Source: Antedon mediterranea
Lineage: Eukaryota; Animalia; Echinodermata
DNA: 64,000 nucleotides
Assembly (NCBI RefSeq): GCF_964355755.1
Contig: NC_092674.1
Coordinates: 14,632,001 to 14,696,000 of the forward strand
Reading direction: 5' to 3'
Part shown: positions 1-13,406 of the stretch, piece after piece
How the letters are laid out: every line of letters begins with the position of its first letter
Numbering within the stretch: the stretch's first letter is position 1
The notes under the pieces: model-generated
The model's database searches: none
Told to the model about the DNA's origin: nothing
What the model saw: the letters and a program-made list of their open reading frames with translations, nothing else
Program-made: the position numbers and the translations under genes

Positions 1-270
1 TTGTAGGCTTACATGTAGCTGGTAAACATTGGTAACGTACGAACCTTGTATGCTAGATATAGGCCTAGCCTGATGTTGTATAGTTGCTGCATTAATTGTC
101 TTTCTGTTTTTGCAAATTGGGGCAAACCCGATATTTTTGCTGAAAAGTTTTTTAACCGTTTAAAGATGAAAAAAGTAATCTCAGTAGGACAATATAGTAT
201 TTACAGTATTTTTACATTAAATGTAGTTCGTGACCTTAAATTAGGTTTAAAAAACGTAGGGAATGGGACT
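1..270. mobile_element. Right part of a Kolobok-like (TTAA-targeting) MITE, truncated by the window edge
   Basis: Homologous to 22754-23237 and 45740-46319. Ends GTAGGGAATGGGACT followed by TTAA (271-274). Confidence 0.7.
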
Positions 271-979
271 TTAACTATGGATGAAAGATTATAAAGGTTT
301 TATCGATTCTGGGATTGGGTTGTAGATATTTAAGGAAAAGGACTTCACATTGTATTGTGATATAAAATTCAAGATAACTGTGACACTATAATAATCATTA
401 GGGTGATACAGTATTAATCAACACACAGATATTCTGATACTCCTATGTAGATCAACTTTTTTTTCTGTTTATTCTCTAAACGAGTTCAAATATAGTAATG
501 TATTCTGTCTGATAATTGATACTGCTGTGCCACCACTATTTATACCAATCTTTAATTCTGTATTTCCCTAATCCGAAAACTGTTACAAAAACTTTATTTT
601 AATTGTTACAAAAACTTTATTTATGCTCTCAGGGTTTTTCTTTTAACCAAATAAATTAGATAAAGCAAAGTTGAAAACATCAATCCATTGTTTTTGGGTT
701 TAACTGTGTAAGGGTTTACAGGTCATTCCACTTCAATTCAACCAAAGAAAATTACATCATCATGTCATTGATTTCATTCAAGTTGGGTACACAAAGAGCA
801 CTTAAGCCAAAATGCCAAATTCCATTTTATTTTTCAGTGACATCAGTACCAAACAACCTACTGTTTGATAGATTACTGTAGATGTGATGATATACTGTAA
901 ACTTCCAGTTATTTTTTAATTTGGGTAAAATAATATCGTGTAATTACTTCTTTTCTTTTTTTAATATAGCAATAGTACA

Positions 980-1982
980 ATGGCATTCAGAAGATCACTG
1001 GTTTTCTTAAACATCAAGCCAAATTCACTAACAATTTCAAAAAGAGTTTGTAACTATTTCTCGACAGAATATGATGCTATTATTGATAAATACTATACAA
1101 AATGCAGTATAAAACAATCAAAATCCAACAAATATTCAGTGTATACTCCGAATCTCTCTGTATCATTTCGAAGTATGTGTACGTCAAGAATTCAACTTGA
1201 CAATAAAATGACAGAATCCAAGATGCAGCTTGTATATACTTGTAAAGTATGTCAGACACGCAATACAAAAACAATTTCAAAGCAAGCATACAGCAATGGT
1301 GTTGTGATTGTGAAGTGTACTGGCTGTGAGAAAAACCATCTGATTGCTGATAATTTGGGGTGGTTTAAAGATGTAAAGGGCAGGTAATTTAATTTCACAA
1401 CTGTAAATTGAACCCAAAAAAATAATGGTTGTAATAATTGAATAATATAAAAAAAAAGAACATAAACTTAATTACAGATTATGATGAATCACATCACCTA
1501 TATCAAAACTTGAGTTTACACACAACAGGGCATCAACACCTGTATTTTATGTGATTGGAGTTCCAGTGTGTGTAAACTGTAGAGTTTTGCTACGTAATAA
1601 AGAAAATTACAGTAACGAAATAATATATAATTTTGGCTGTGGAACACTGTTATTCCGAACCTCCTGACTGCGCAATTAATTAGGTGTGCGCCTGCATCCA
1701 CTCTAGATTATCTATCAATAAAGTTTGAATTAGATAAATTAAGATGCAGTGAGCTACTTGATGAATTTATATTTTTTATTATTCTTTTTTTACATAAATT
1801 TTAGAAACATAGAAGAAATTCTGGCTGAAAGGAATGAGGAAGTTAGGAGAATTACTTACAATGAAACAATAGAACTGACTAAAGATGACATTCTTGATAA
1901 TAAAGGTTTGTGTAACAAGGAACAACAAAAGCTAACACAAGTAGATGAACACTTGGATGGAGCGCCCTCACAAAACAAATAA
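980..1982 (+). CDS. DNLZ: DNL-type zinc finger protein (mitochondrial Hsp70 escort Hep1/Zim17/Tim15), join(980..1383,1805..1982), 193 aa
   Basis: zf-DNL motif [46 protein letters not shown] phase-2 intron (1384-1804) rejoins to the conserved [14 protein letters not shown]. The N-terminus is Arg/Ser-rich, like a presequence. Confidence 0.95.
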
Positions 1983-2399
1983 ATTTGGAAGAATGTAATA
2001 TTTAGAAAAAGATAAGTAAAAAAAAAAAATAGTTTGCACATTCCATATACTCTATAATGAAGGCAAAAACAGGACTTTAAACTCGCATTTTTTTTTTTTA
2101 TCTTTCGTGGGAATCACCCACCTTTATTGTAATTTCTTCTCATTTTCAATGTATAATTGTATAAATAATTCTGTCATTCTTAAAACAATATAGATGCATA
2201 TCTGCCATAAAGGTAAATAGACTCTATACAGATGAAGCTATTAATAGAACCATTGATAAAATAATTAGTGATACATATTGTATATTGTATATTTACAATT
2301 GTACTGTACAGATAAATGAAAATATTGCATATATTAAAACAGAAAATGAAATAAAATCAAGGTAAGTTCTCTAAAATGCTAGTTTTTACATTTTTACAT

Positions 2400-3461
2400 T
2401 TTTTGTCTGCTTTAATAAAATTGCATCCGTAATTCAGGATTTCGATTCAAATGCAAACAAATTCCATATCACTTTATGTTTTTACAGTTTTTCTAATTTT
2501 TCCAAAATGCATGATTTGTAAATGCAAAATGTGAATAATGAAATAAGTTTATTTACAACTATGTTTCGTGTACCTGTTATTATTTTATACCAATTGATAG
2601 TACCTTCTGTTGGAAAACACTTAAATATGAGGTCATTAAATTTAAGCCATACATTTGGATTTCTGTACATTCAACTAGAATATGTAATTCACATTCAATT
2701 TCTTTTTTACACCTGTCACATTGTTTTGTACTATTTTCAATCTTTTTTTACAAGATAAAATATTGTGTAGTAATTTAAAATTAAATTGTGCAATTCTATT
2801 TATGTGCTTAAAGTTGTGTATTTTATTTGTCCATACTTTATACCAATCTAGTTCGGTATTATTGAACACTACTTCCCATTTTGCCGCTGCAATGGGATTG
2901 GTAGCTATTTCATTTACAAAATGCCTATAATAAAATTTTCGGAACAAGCATTTCCCAATTGTGTTCACTTGTTCATCATCACTTGGTCTCTCGCTAGATT
3001 CTTTCCATTCAATAGTTAGTTATGGCATTAATAAGCACCATGTATTCTATTAGACCATTTTGTCTTTTGGATAGAGTGGGTATTAGTACATCAGGTGCTA
3101 TTATTCTGTTATTTACTATAATATCATTAATTACTTTATATCCAGAATGTAACCATGTTTCAAAATATATTGATTTTCCATTAGTTGTAATATACCTATT
3201 TTTCCACAATTGTTGTTTTTTAATTTCTGCTACATTTATTGGATGTCGACCTAAAATATTGTTGATGTTTACCACATCTTTTAACGTTTCTACATAAAAG
3301 TCTGATAAACCTCTTAAAACTATGTGTTCTTCTAAATTAAGTAGACTTGTATTTACAGTATATTCAATTGGATACATATAATAGAGTGGTATGCACTTCC
3401 ATTTACCTGGGTCTGGACTTAGAAGCCTTTTGATCCAACTTAACTTTAGAGATTTTACCAT
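2400..3461 (-). mobile_element. Degenerate 3' part of an L1/Tx1-type non-LTR retrotransposon ORF2
   Basis: Frameshifted ORFs containing LKLSWIKRLL..W, QQLWKN and FNFKLLHNIL, motifs typical of the post-RT/zf-RVT region of L1/Tx1 elements. Confidence 0.7.
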
Positions 3462-6400
3462 TGGAATGTGGAACGGATAAAATAAACAAAATTAAAAATG
3501 AATAAAGTTGTATGTGTTATTTATCTTACCGTACATGGTACAGGGGAGGATTTGTAGCATACAGTAGTTTGTTTGACATTTCTAATAAGAGTATGAAACC
3601 CTGTGTCCTGGAAGTATCTCTAGCAAAATGAGTACAAATGCCTCCTTTGCTTAGAGAGTCAATGTTCCAGCAGATTGTTATTTTTATAGTTTTTTCCAGA
3701 GTTGTATTTCCACATCTGAAGGATATATTAAAGAAGTTGATGAAAGCTAAATAAATTGATACTTTAGATTTGGAAAAGTAATAAAGTGGCTATGACTATT
3801 CAATGTCAAACAATATTGATAAAGGTATTGATAGACAGAATAATGAAAGTAGAGAAACAACATACTATAGACCAGTCCTTAGAATACTTTACAACATCTA
3901 CTACTGAAACATAAAATAATTGTAAACTTGTTTATTGTAGACTAGATACATGTATCGATACATAGAAACATTCAGGAGGATTAAATCTACAGTTTGGTGA
4001 AATGTTTTGACAACAAAATACTATACAAACTAAATAAACTTATAATATAAAGTGATAAAACTAAATCTGAATGATATAAAAAATACACATAAAACAGGTA
4101 ACATAAAAAAATATTATGAAATGAAAAGTTGGCTTGTTTTAAAGAGTGTTTTCATCATATTTGGTTCCATGCTAAAGTTTCACAAGAACAGAATGGTCCA
4201 AAGGAAGATCAGGTGTTTGATCTTATTCTAGAATTAAAGGAACATTTTATTCTTCTTATATCAACAAGTCTAATCATTTTGTCCATTACAAACCTTCATA
4301 TTTTTACCTAAAAATACTGATTGATATGGTAAAAACACAGAAAATCCAAGCTAAAAATGTTATATATTACCAGTAGAAGCTTTATGCCATGAACTAAAGC
4401 TAGAAGGATCAGTTAACAATACTAAATTAACCCAAAACTTAGTTGAGATTGTTTTAACCATCACTCCTTTCAAGGTGCCGCCTAAGATAAATACTGTGTG
4501 CACAGGGATCTTAAAGTTATTGTGAAGTCAGTCAGTCAGGAATTGCAAGGAGATTGAGATCAATTAAGGTCATGCAGGCCTACACCCTACGATGATTGGA
4601 GAAGTTGAACATTATATGATAAAGTGAAGAATATACCATGATGAAAAGAATTGTCAGGCCCAATTACTAGTGAACCCACTTCAAAAACGAAAGGTTCCAA
4701 AATCTTGTAATGAATTATCAATTTTAACAGCATTGTGTAAAAGCATAAAAAGCAACAGCAGTAGAGATATGGTTATGAATATTATTGACAAAAATAAACT
4801 CGCCACGCTTCAGCTTTACTTTTGAGACAACTCAAACTTTCTGGGATTTTCATTTGACAAAATACTCTCTAAAATTTTAAATTCACACACTTTAAAGATG
4901 AAGAGGGTAACAAATAATGGATTTTTTTGCATCACAAGCGACTAAAAAACATGAAATTTATGAATGTGGATCACGACAAAAGGTGGAAAGGAAGTGTGGT
5001 AAATTGAGAAAGAAATATTAAAAAGTAAATGATCAAGATACAGTATAAAGAGGCATACAATGCAAATAACACATACTTGGTAGTTTAATCAACCATAATA
5101 CAATTCTAAATAGAAATGTGTTGGCAATATAACTATTGCAAATAAATCTTTTTAAAATACAATTACAACATAAATTTATAATTTTGAATGGAATATAAAC
5201 TAAATTAAAATAAATTTAAAAAAAAATTAGATTAATTAATTTAACATCTTTGGATGTGTTATTAAAAATTGCAATCTCAATATAAGAGCCAATTGAATCA
5301 CTTCAGTCTAGTATCAAATTAATTTGCAAACCATTTCAATGGTATATACAGTAGATGAAGGTTTCAAATAAAGTGGGTCGGGCAATAGCAAAATAAGTGA
5401 ATGATCATTGGAACCATAGTACAATTCTGGTTTTTCCAGTTTTGATGTATCTGAACATTCTCAGATTAAACATTGTTTTGGTACATGTACTGTACTGTGT
5501 GATTTAATAGTACCATACTGAATTTCATCAACTTGCACTGTGAAAGGTAGCAGATTGAATTGGCAATTGGCGACTTCCTCTTTTTCCATGTTTTCAAAGT
5601 AAAATATTCTTTTATCTCCATAATTTTAGTTGATTCCCAGTTATAGTTCCTACTTTCATGTGTAATCGTAGAAATGCCATGCTGATCTATTTTCTATTAT
5701 TATGTTTAAATAGTTTTTTTCAAGTGTGTTTCAGTGTTTTGGCACAATCAGTTACAGGACAATTACCAGAATGTTATTTCCTTTGCACCGTTTATGAATG
5801 TTGAGAGATCAGCTTTAACTTCCATGTTCTTCAATAACTGTTAATAACTATCTTCTTTGTGATCTCTTGTAATGAGGCAGTATTGTCAAGTTTTCCAAAT
5901 AGTTTTTAATTTGCCATCATCAAATACCATTTTTTCTAGATTTACAAGAAATAACATTTACTGTGTACTGCCTACACATAAAAAAACAAATGATACAACA
6001 ATGTTAATCCATTCCACAATATTTATCAGAGAAATCGCAGTATAGCCTTATTACAGTAATTCTTCTCGGTCCTCTTCAGTTAAAATGTTTTTGAAAGTTG
6101 ACTTTATGCTGCATCTAGTCCAACACAAACATCTAGTAATTTCATGACAATCACTTCAATTATAAAAGAATTTTAAAGATTTACAGACCACAGTGGTTTC
6201 ACTCTTTATATGTACAAATGTTTTCAAACTTTTCTTTGCCTTGCCCTTTAGAAACCTTCATCTAGCTTTTTGAATAGTTGGAAAGAGAAGCACCCATGTT
6301 ATAATAATTGAGAGTTGTAATAGAATTGTAGCCCTACATTTATTGTTAACAATTAAGTAAGTTTAATCAGCTTCTATATTAATATTTATATTTATTATAT

Positions 6401-6521
6401 ATAATGGTATAATAATAATAATAATGTTGTAACTGGTTGTAACTGGTCATTGCAACAAACTATAGCAAGTGGTTTGCATTAGTACATCCCGATACATGCA
6501 GAAAGAAAAACAATTCTACCA

Positions 6522-6626
6522 ACGTAAAGACAAAATACAGTTACAGTGAATCAAAATGAATATGAGCCTTCATTAGAAAAGTTCATATTCATTTTGATTC
6601 ACTGTAACTGTATTTTGTCTTTACGT
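6522..6626. repeat. Perfect inverted repeat with 44-bp arms and a 17-nt loop
   Basis: 6522-6565 is the exact reverse complement of 6583-6626. Confidence 0.9.
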
Positions 6627-7379
6627 CTGTTATGTGTAAACTGACTTTGGGGTTGGGTCAACCGGCTCAGCTACAGTGATTAAGTTCACTTAGGTTGACC
6701 CTGGTCTCCCCAATTTCAGTTTTTTTTGTTTTGTATATACTTAAGTAGACCAAATAAATAATGAAATGAAATGAAATGAAACTAAATGTTTTTACTGTAG
6801 ACCTAATAGTTGAATGAAAGGTTTGTGGCACAAATGTTCTGGTCCTGGGTGTCACTTGTATACAAACCAAACGGGGAGGTGCAGCAGCCACTTGTGCCAC
6901 CTGTTTTACTGAAAAATACTGTGAATTTGAACTACCAAGACAACAGAAAAAAGGCCACGCCAGAGAGGGCGCAATATTTGTACTAGTTTCCAGCAAATAA
7001 GTTTGCGATAGCATAGTTTTCATTGATTCAAAGGTAGGATCCCTTTAGCGATCCAGTATAGCTAAAATTTTGCGATAAATCGTGACATTTTGGCACTGGA
7101 CGGGCCAGGGAATTTCATTTCCCACGCTTGTGCTACTGAAAATGTACCCTGGGGTATATATCCTGCCTGTGTATGGAAATATTTAAGAGTGATTACAAAT
7201 AAAAGACCACCTCTCCAAGGCAACAACTGACCACCACTTTCATAAACATGAGACCGTTTCTCATAATAAACATCTTCTCTATTATGACTGTAAACTCTCT
7301 AACCTTTCTTTGGACATTATTTCAGAACAAAAATTAGTCCAAGAGATGTATGAACAACATAAAAAATGATTGAGGGAAA

Positions 7380-8760
7380 GAATTTAAAAGTATGAAAGAA
7401 AGAGCGAGTTACGATTAAAACCTTCATTTATGTATAACGCAGCTAAAGAAAAATAGTTACAGAAATGTTGAATCTCATCTCAAGGAAAATAACTTAAGAA
7501 GATAATGCAGAAAACATCTGAAAATTGTAAAGATGCAACAAACTTAACAACCAATAGTATGCCGTTTTATGTGATTCTTTGTTTTCACAAAAGCATATTG
7601 ATACAGTTGGAGTGGTTAAGTGGTAGCAAAGCCATCGTGCACAATTTATGCTTGTGCCAAAAAACAAAAATGGCACAACAACTTTTACAAGAAAAAATGA
7701 ATTTCAGCGTATTATTTGATTCAGACAGGCCAAATGGGATTGGAGTTTAAAATGGATACTGCCTTGCTTCAGAGGGGAAAACATGGGAAACTACACAATG
7801 CAGAGATTAAAAAAAGATATAATGCTAGTAGCCTATTCAAAGAAGTAGGCTACTAGAATGTGTTGAGAAGCAAACCAAGAAATTGCAAATTATCCCAAGC
7901 TATTTGTTCATGCTTTCTGACATCATCACCAGTACAAAGGAATAAAAGGCAGATCTTCACCTACATCTATTGTTGTACATGAACTATTTTTGCAAAGATC
8001 TAATAAAGCTAGGTAGGGAAACTCAAACCAATGCTGTTTGATCTGATAGTTAGGGCCAATTCAAGAGTAAATATTGCTTCACAATCTCTTTAACCTCTTT
8101 AAACTAAATTTTCAATCAATCAATCAATCAATCAATATTTTCTCCTTTCATATACAAAATTGATTTCAATGAACAACATTTTGAAGAAGAAGGTACAAAC
8201 CCTGAAAGATGAAAAACACATCTTGTGGAGGGCGTACCTATTACTGACACAGACAATAACAATTTAAACAAATATATATAATAAATAAATAAAAATTGAC
8301 CGAAGAATAGTTAATATTTGGAAATAAGGTGAATTTTAAGTTTAGATAAAAATGATTTACTAGAAAGAGTTTAAAATGAGGGAGTGGCAGATCGTTCGAA
8401 AAAGTGGGTCCGGAATACCTAATGTTGTGTTGAAAGTGGTTGGTTTTATGGGTTGGAATATGTAATTTTGAACTAATACGGGTATGATGATAATGAATTT
8501 TAGTTCTACATTTATTATGAATCATAAATAAATAAAGTATGCAGCTTTTAAGCTTAAAGTTATAAAATTTGCTGAGCAAACAACAAACCAAGCAGTAATG
8601 TTTAATGGTAGTCCTTGCATACATCGCTGATGGCACAAAGGAACAAATGGTAATTTTCAAGAGAAAACGATGCTAAAAGACATCTTCCCACCAGGACGTG
8701 GATGTGGATGGCTGTATCAAATAGATTGACAATGGTAAGGGAATGACGGCCTTTAACATC
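7380..8760 (+). pseudogene. Highly decayed DNA-transposase relic, possibly CMC/Chapaev-EnSpm type, interrupted by a LINE fragment
   Basis: V*SDS*GQFKSKYCF at about 8035-8080 (SDGxxGQFK-like) and DVDVDGCIK at about 8694-8722 (GxxDGxGGxIK-like). Many stop codons. Confidence 0.3.
8113..8560 (-). mobile_element. 3' end of a CR1/L2/Crack-group LINE with an (ATTG)n tail
   Basis: HYHHTRISSKLHIPTHKTNHFQHNIRYSGP matches the C-terminus of the LINE at 14817-16023. (CAAT)n microsatellite at 8113-8135 on the + strand. Confidence 0.7.
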
Positions 8761-9229
8761 AAAATTACTTTTAATTTGGGACATGTTTAAGGGTCATCTT
8801 GTAGATATTGTTACAAAATTAAAAAGTGGGCATACCAATATGACAGTTATTATATAGTTCAAATATTAAACAAAAGGCTACTGGACAAGCTAACATTAGA
8901 AATGTTTCTAGTCAGGTAATTGATGTGTTATTTAATCTGTTATACTTAAATTAATTCAAGAATTTAATTCACTTTTAAAATGTTTATATTCTCAGTGACT
9001 TTGGTGATACAACAATATATTATTAATTTAATTGTAAAGATTGTTTGTAATATTATTCTGTGCTTCCCAAAGTGACTCGTACTGTAACTACTGAATATTA
9101 TTATTTTTAAGCACATATTTTTTAAAAGCTGCAATAAAATGTATTACATGTATTATTATTATTCCTATCATCATCATTATTATTTTGGTTCTTGTGTGTG
9201 TTTCACAGTTTTTATGTCATGTTACTAAC

Positions 9230-12190
9230 AGGGTATCTATGAAGGATGGTGTAAAACCTGGGAAGATGACCACCAAAGCATCTATACCACCTGAGGTTGG
9301 TTAAAAATTGACCAGCATAGGGGATATTTGTATGTACACAGACTTCAATGGAAGGCAGAAATACCGACAGAATGTGGTTTTATCCTCAGTCCAAGTCCAA
9401 GTCATGTCAGTGGTAGTCCTCCAAATGCCTTTTTTTCGATCCATTTTTTTTTGTCAGCCAGTTGGTATATGGAATTACAGCCTAAGATGTCCTTGAACAG
9501 ATTGTCCTGGTAAAAATAAACAGGTGTTTTTTTAAAAGTGGCTACCATGTGTACGACATTAATGGTTGGTACAATATACTGACTGAAGTTCCTGCTTGTG
9601 GTCCTTGCAACAGGGCAGCATCAGCAAATTGGTAAATCCAGCTCATCTAAATGGGGTCGATTTTTGCTTAGGAAAAATCAATATTATCACAGTTAATGCC
9701 AGCACATCAGGCAATGTTTCCTGCAGTAATTACTGTTTGGTAAGTTAGTTTAAAAATGTGTTACTCATCAATTAAATATAAATTTACATATTATTTTCTT
9801 TTTACAGTATATAAAAGTAAGAAAGTTTTTCTTTCATTTCATAGTCATGGTGTAGATAAGAAAGTGCTGCAGCTCATAAAAGATCGGACTGAAGTCAACA
9901 CAATGGCAAAAGTATGGCGTCAAGTCAAAGAGAATCATTGCGATGAAAGGATATGTACACAATGGACTGCTAATTGACTTGCTAAAGCTTGCAAGCATTG
10001 GTTCTGCATTTGGTACAAAATTCAAAGCTCCAAAGCAAGAGTTTTTGATGACATGCTTTTTTGATGGGTAAAACTGATAAAGTACAAGAATACTGAACAC
10101 AAATTCTCTCAACATTTGGAAAGGTCCTGAAATTTGATTCAACTAAAAAGGTAAAAAACTTTCATCCAAACAGAATATACAAATAAAATACAGTATGAAA
10201 TCCTCCTAAATCATCAATTTATTATTTTTCCAAATCTGTTCCAAATACAAGGATACTGTGTAAACTTTCCCCTTTAAATCAACCAACGGTAATCCTTATT
10301 TTATTTTAGATATGTAAAAAATTGTCAGGTGAAGGACGAGGGACTGCCAAATGGTGTACAAACATTGGTAATAAAAATAGCCAAATTTAAGTTCCGTTTT
10401 CAAATTTTAGGCATCGACCACAATGCTAAAACCCATGGCAGATGGTGTATTAGTAAAGCATTATAGGCTGGCAGGATAAGATGCACCACAACTTATGTAT
10501 CATAGATAGACGGCAGATGGTGTATTAGTAGAGCATTAAAGGCTGGCAGGATAAGATGCACCACAACTTATGTATCATAGATAGACGGCAGATGGTGTAT
10601 TAGTAAAGCATTATAGGCTGGCAGGATAAGATGCACCACAACTTATGTATCATAGATAGACGGCAGATGGTGTATTAGTAGAGCATTATAGGCTGGCAGG
10701 ATAAGATGCACCACAACTTATGTATCATAGATAGACGGCAGATGGTGTATTAGTAGAGCATTATAGGCTGGCAGGATAAGATGCACCACAACTTATGTAT
10801 CATAGATAGACGGCAGATGGTGTATTAGTAGAGCATTATAGGCTGGCAGGATAAGATGCACCACAACTTATGTATCATAGATAGACGGCAGATGGTGTAT
10901 TAGTAGAGCATTATAGGCTGGCAGGATAAGATGCACCACAACTTATGTATCATAGATAGACGGCAGATGGTGTATTAGTAGAGCATTATAGGCTGGCAGG
11001 ATAAGATGCACCACAACTTATGTATCATAGATAGACGGCAGATGGTGTATTAGTAGAGCATTATAGGCTGGCAGGATAAGATGCACCACAACTTATGTAT
11101 CATAGATAGACGGCAGATGGTGTATTAGTAGAGCATTATAGGCTGGCAGGGTAAGATGCACCACAACTTATGTATCATAGATAGACGATGTTGCTGTGAA
11201 CATTAGTCCTTTTTAAATATTCGGTGGAAAATGGAATGGTGGTAAGGCTTAATGCTTGACATTGGATGCACAGATTTGATGCTGCTGTTTGTCAACCAAA
11301 GTCAGCTTTAGCAGGAGCCATGTATATATTATAACAAGGCAAATATGGATTATCAGATACAGGGTTGATATACCAGCGTATCTCATCATTAACTGCGAAA
11401 CACTCCGCGCATAGAATTGCCCAGGGCAGCGAAGAAACATTTAGACTTCTGGACTTTGCCATCAAAGCTTTATAAGGTAATGCTGGACTTGATGAAAATG
11501 GAGTGCCATTATTCAAATCTCATGCTGCTATCAAGGTTTGGACACAATGTCACTTTAGTATTAATACTGCAGGTTGTGTTATGCATTTTGTTACCCAGCC
11601 CAAATTAGAAGCTGCACATTGTTTGTGTTGGTTGTACAACTACAAGTACAACATAAACATACATATAAACATCCTTCACCAATATGGACATTTTTACAAA
11701 TTAAGAACTATAGATAAAAATATTGATTGATAAAGTTATATGTATGTAAAAGTGTTTTTTTTAAATATCCTCGTTGTGCAGCACGACCCTTCCAGTTGTA
11801 TCTATTGGGTGGAATTGCAAGGTGGAACTCTGATAGGGAAGCAGAGTCAGTGTTCAGCAGAAAAAGACATCAGCATAGGGGCGTATTCGACCAGTTTAAT
11901 TAAAAGATTGAACAAAAGGTACAAGAAGCTGTTTGGTGAGAAGGAGGAAAAGAATTTCCATGTTCCTGCAAAGGCAACAAATGAATTACTTGGCCTTGAG
12001 TACTTGTTTAAACAGTCAACAGCTTGCTCCCAAGTATGGAGGAAGAAGTATGCCTTGATTTGGATGATGGCGATGGTATTGATGCTGGTTATGATTCGGA
12101 AACTGACACGTTTAACAACCATATGAAACCCTGTCATGTTGTATATACATCTAAGGAAGCAGCGGGGTCCCACGATCCTTCAAGTGTAAG
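9230..12190 (+). pseudogene. Degenerate multi-exon transposase-like gene of the DUF6729-associated family
   Basis: Ordered motifs WFYPQ..PVGIWNYSLRCP, STFGKVLKFDSTKK|ICKKLSGEGRGTAKWCTNIGN, LMY-IDR-CC, RLNA*HWMHRFDA and ELLGLEYLFKQS, with stops and frameshifts. Family recognised from memory. Confidence 0.65.
10437..11186 (+). repeat. Minisatellite of 10 near-identical 75-bp units
   Basis: Unit GGCAGATGGTGTATTAGTAGAGCATTATAGGCTGGCAGGATAAGATGCACCACAACTTATGTATCATAGATAGAC at 10437, 10512 ... 11112. Only single-base variants and no spacers. Confidence 0.97.
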
Positions 12191-13406
12191 TTGATTTCAA
12201 TATTCTTTTAAATAGGCAAGTCACTTGAAAAATAAGTTCATGTAAGTTTAACTTGTATCGATCACGCTTTCACAGGAAGATGTAAAAAAAACATCTCAAG
12301 GGATTTGAAAAGATAGAAATTCTAAAGCCACTTGCTAGTAGACCTGGTTTTGTTACCTATAATACCTTTTAAACAAGAGAAACGAGATTTTCAAATGTGG
12401 GATAGCCTAGATTCACATGATAGATGCTACAAACATTTCCACACAGCTTACAAAACACAATGGGGAAATACCGTATGGACGTAAAGAGTGATGAGATAGT
12501 AGCTTTCATAACCAACAGACATAAACGGTCTGCTGTACCTTATATTGTTGAGCTGCTTAACTCTCAATAAGATGCACTGTTTTTTCTGTTTTAAATAAAT
12601 TTTTGATGTTTACAGTATGAATACTATCTTTTTTAAGGAGCGATTTATAATATGTACTACAATAATTTCAGACTTTTTGTAATGTTTTTATATCGGGCGG
12701 TTTAGAATTAATGTTCTTTGCCTGATTTGTTTATATACCTGAATAAATAAATAAATAACGCAGCGAATAAAGCATTGTCATCGTTTCATGCCTGTACAGA
12801 GAAATCGTTTAATGTTTAGCATTATAATACAAAGGTTATATTTTATAATTTTAAATTTATTAGCCTCTTGAAACAAAGGTTTAGGGACGGCTAATTTTAC
12901 TCAGTTCATCGTTATTGTTGCATGGAATTAGTGCCTGCATAGAACAAAGACTCCAGGACGTCGAGCTCTTTACCCAGAGAATATTTTAGAAATCAAGTGT
13001 GAGTTTATATTTAAATTTTTTATCAATAATTCTGAAGGATAAAATGTAGTAAGAAGTTGCTTCCCCATATAAAACGGTCTTAATCGTACGAAAAGCAAAT
13101 TTTTAAAGGATCAGCTTCTTAAGATTTTAAAATGGGCTTCTCAGTCAGTCAACTCTCACAAAAACGTTTGTGCAAACAAGAAACACTAATCTTTATTACT
13201 AGAAGCTTGTGTACAATATATCATTTATGTATTTCAGAATATGTTCGAAAGAGGTGGCAAGACTGAGTAAACAGGTATATTACCAAACAAATTGCCGACT
13301 TGCTTCCTAAAATAGATTTTAGTTGGTGATTGTTTTTTTTTTCGAATTGAGTGCATATTTTGGTAATGTTTAATTAACAGACCCAATCAGACTGATGCAA
13401 TAAGCC

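Noticed and set aside
3560-6300. Exon-like decayed coding patches on both strands
   Set aside because: No motif could be confidently assigned, and stops are frequent.
10437-11186. CRISPR-like array
   Set aside because: Contiguous near-identical units with no unique spacers, no cas genes and a eukaryotic context.
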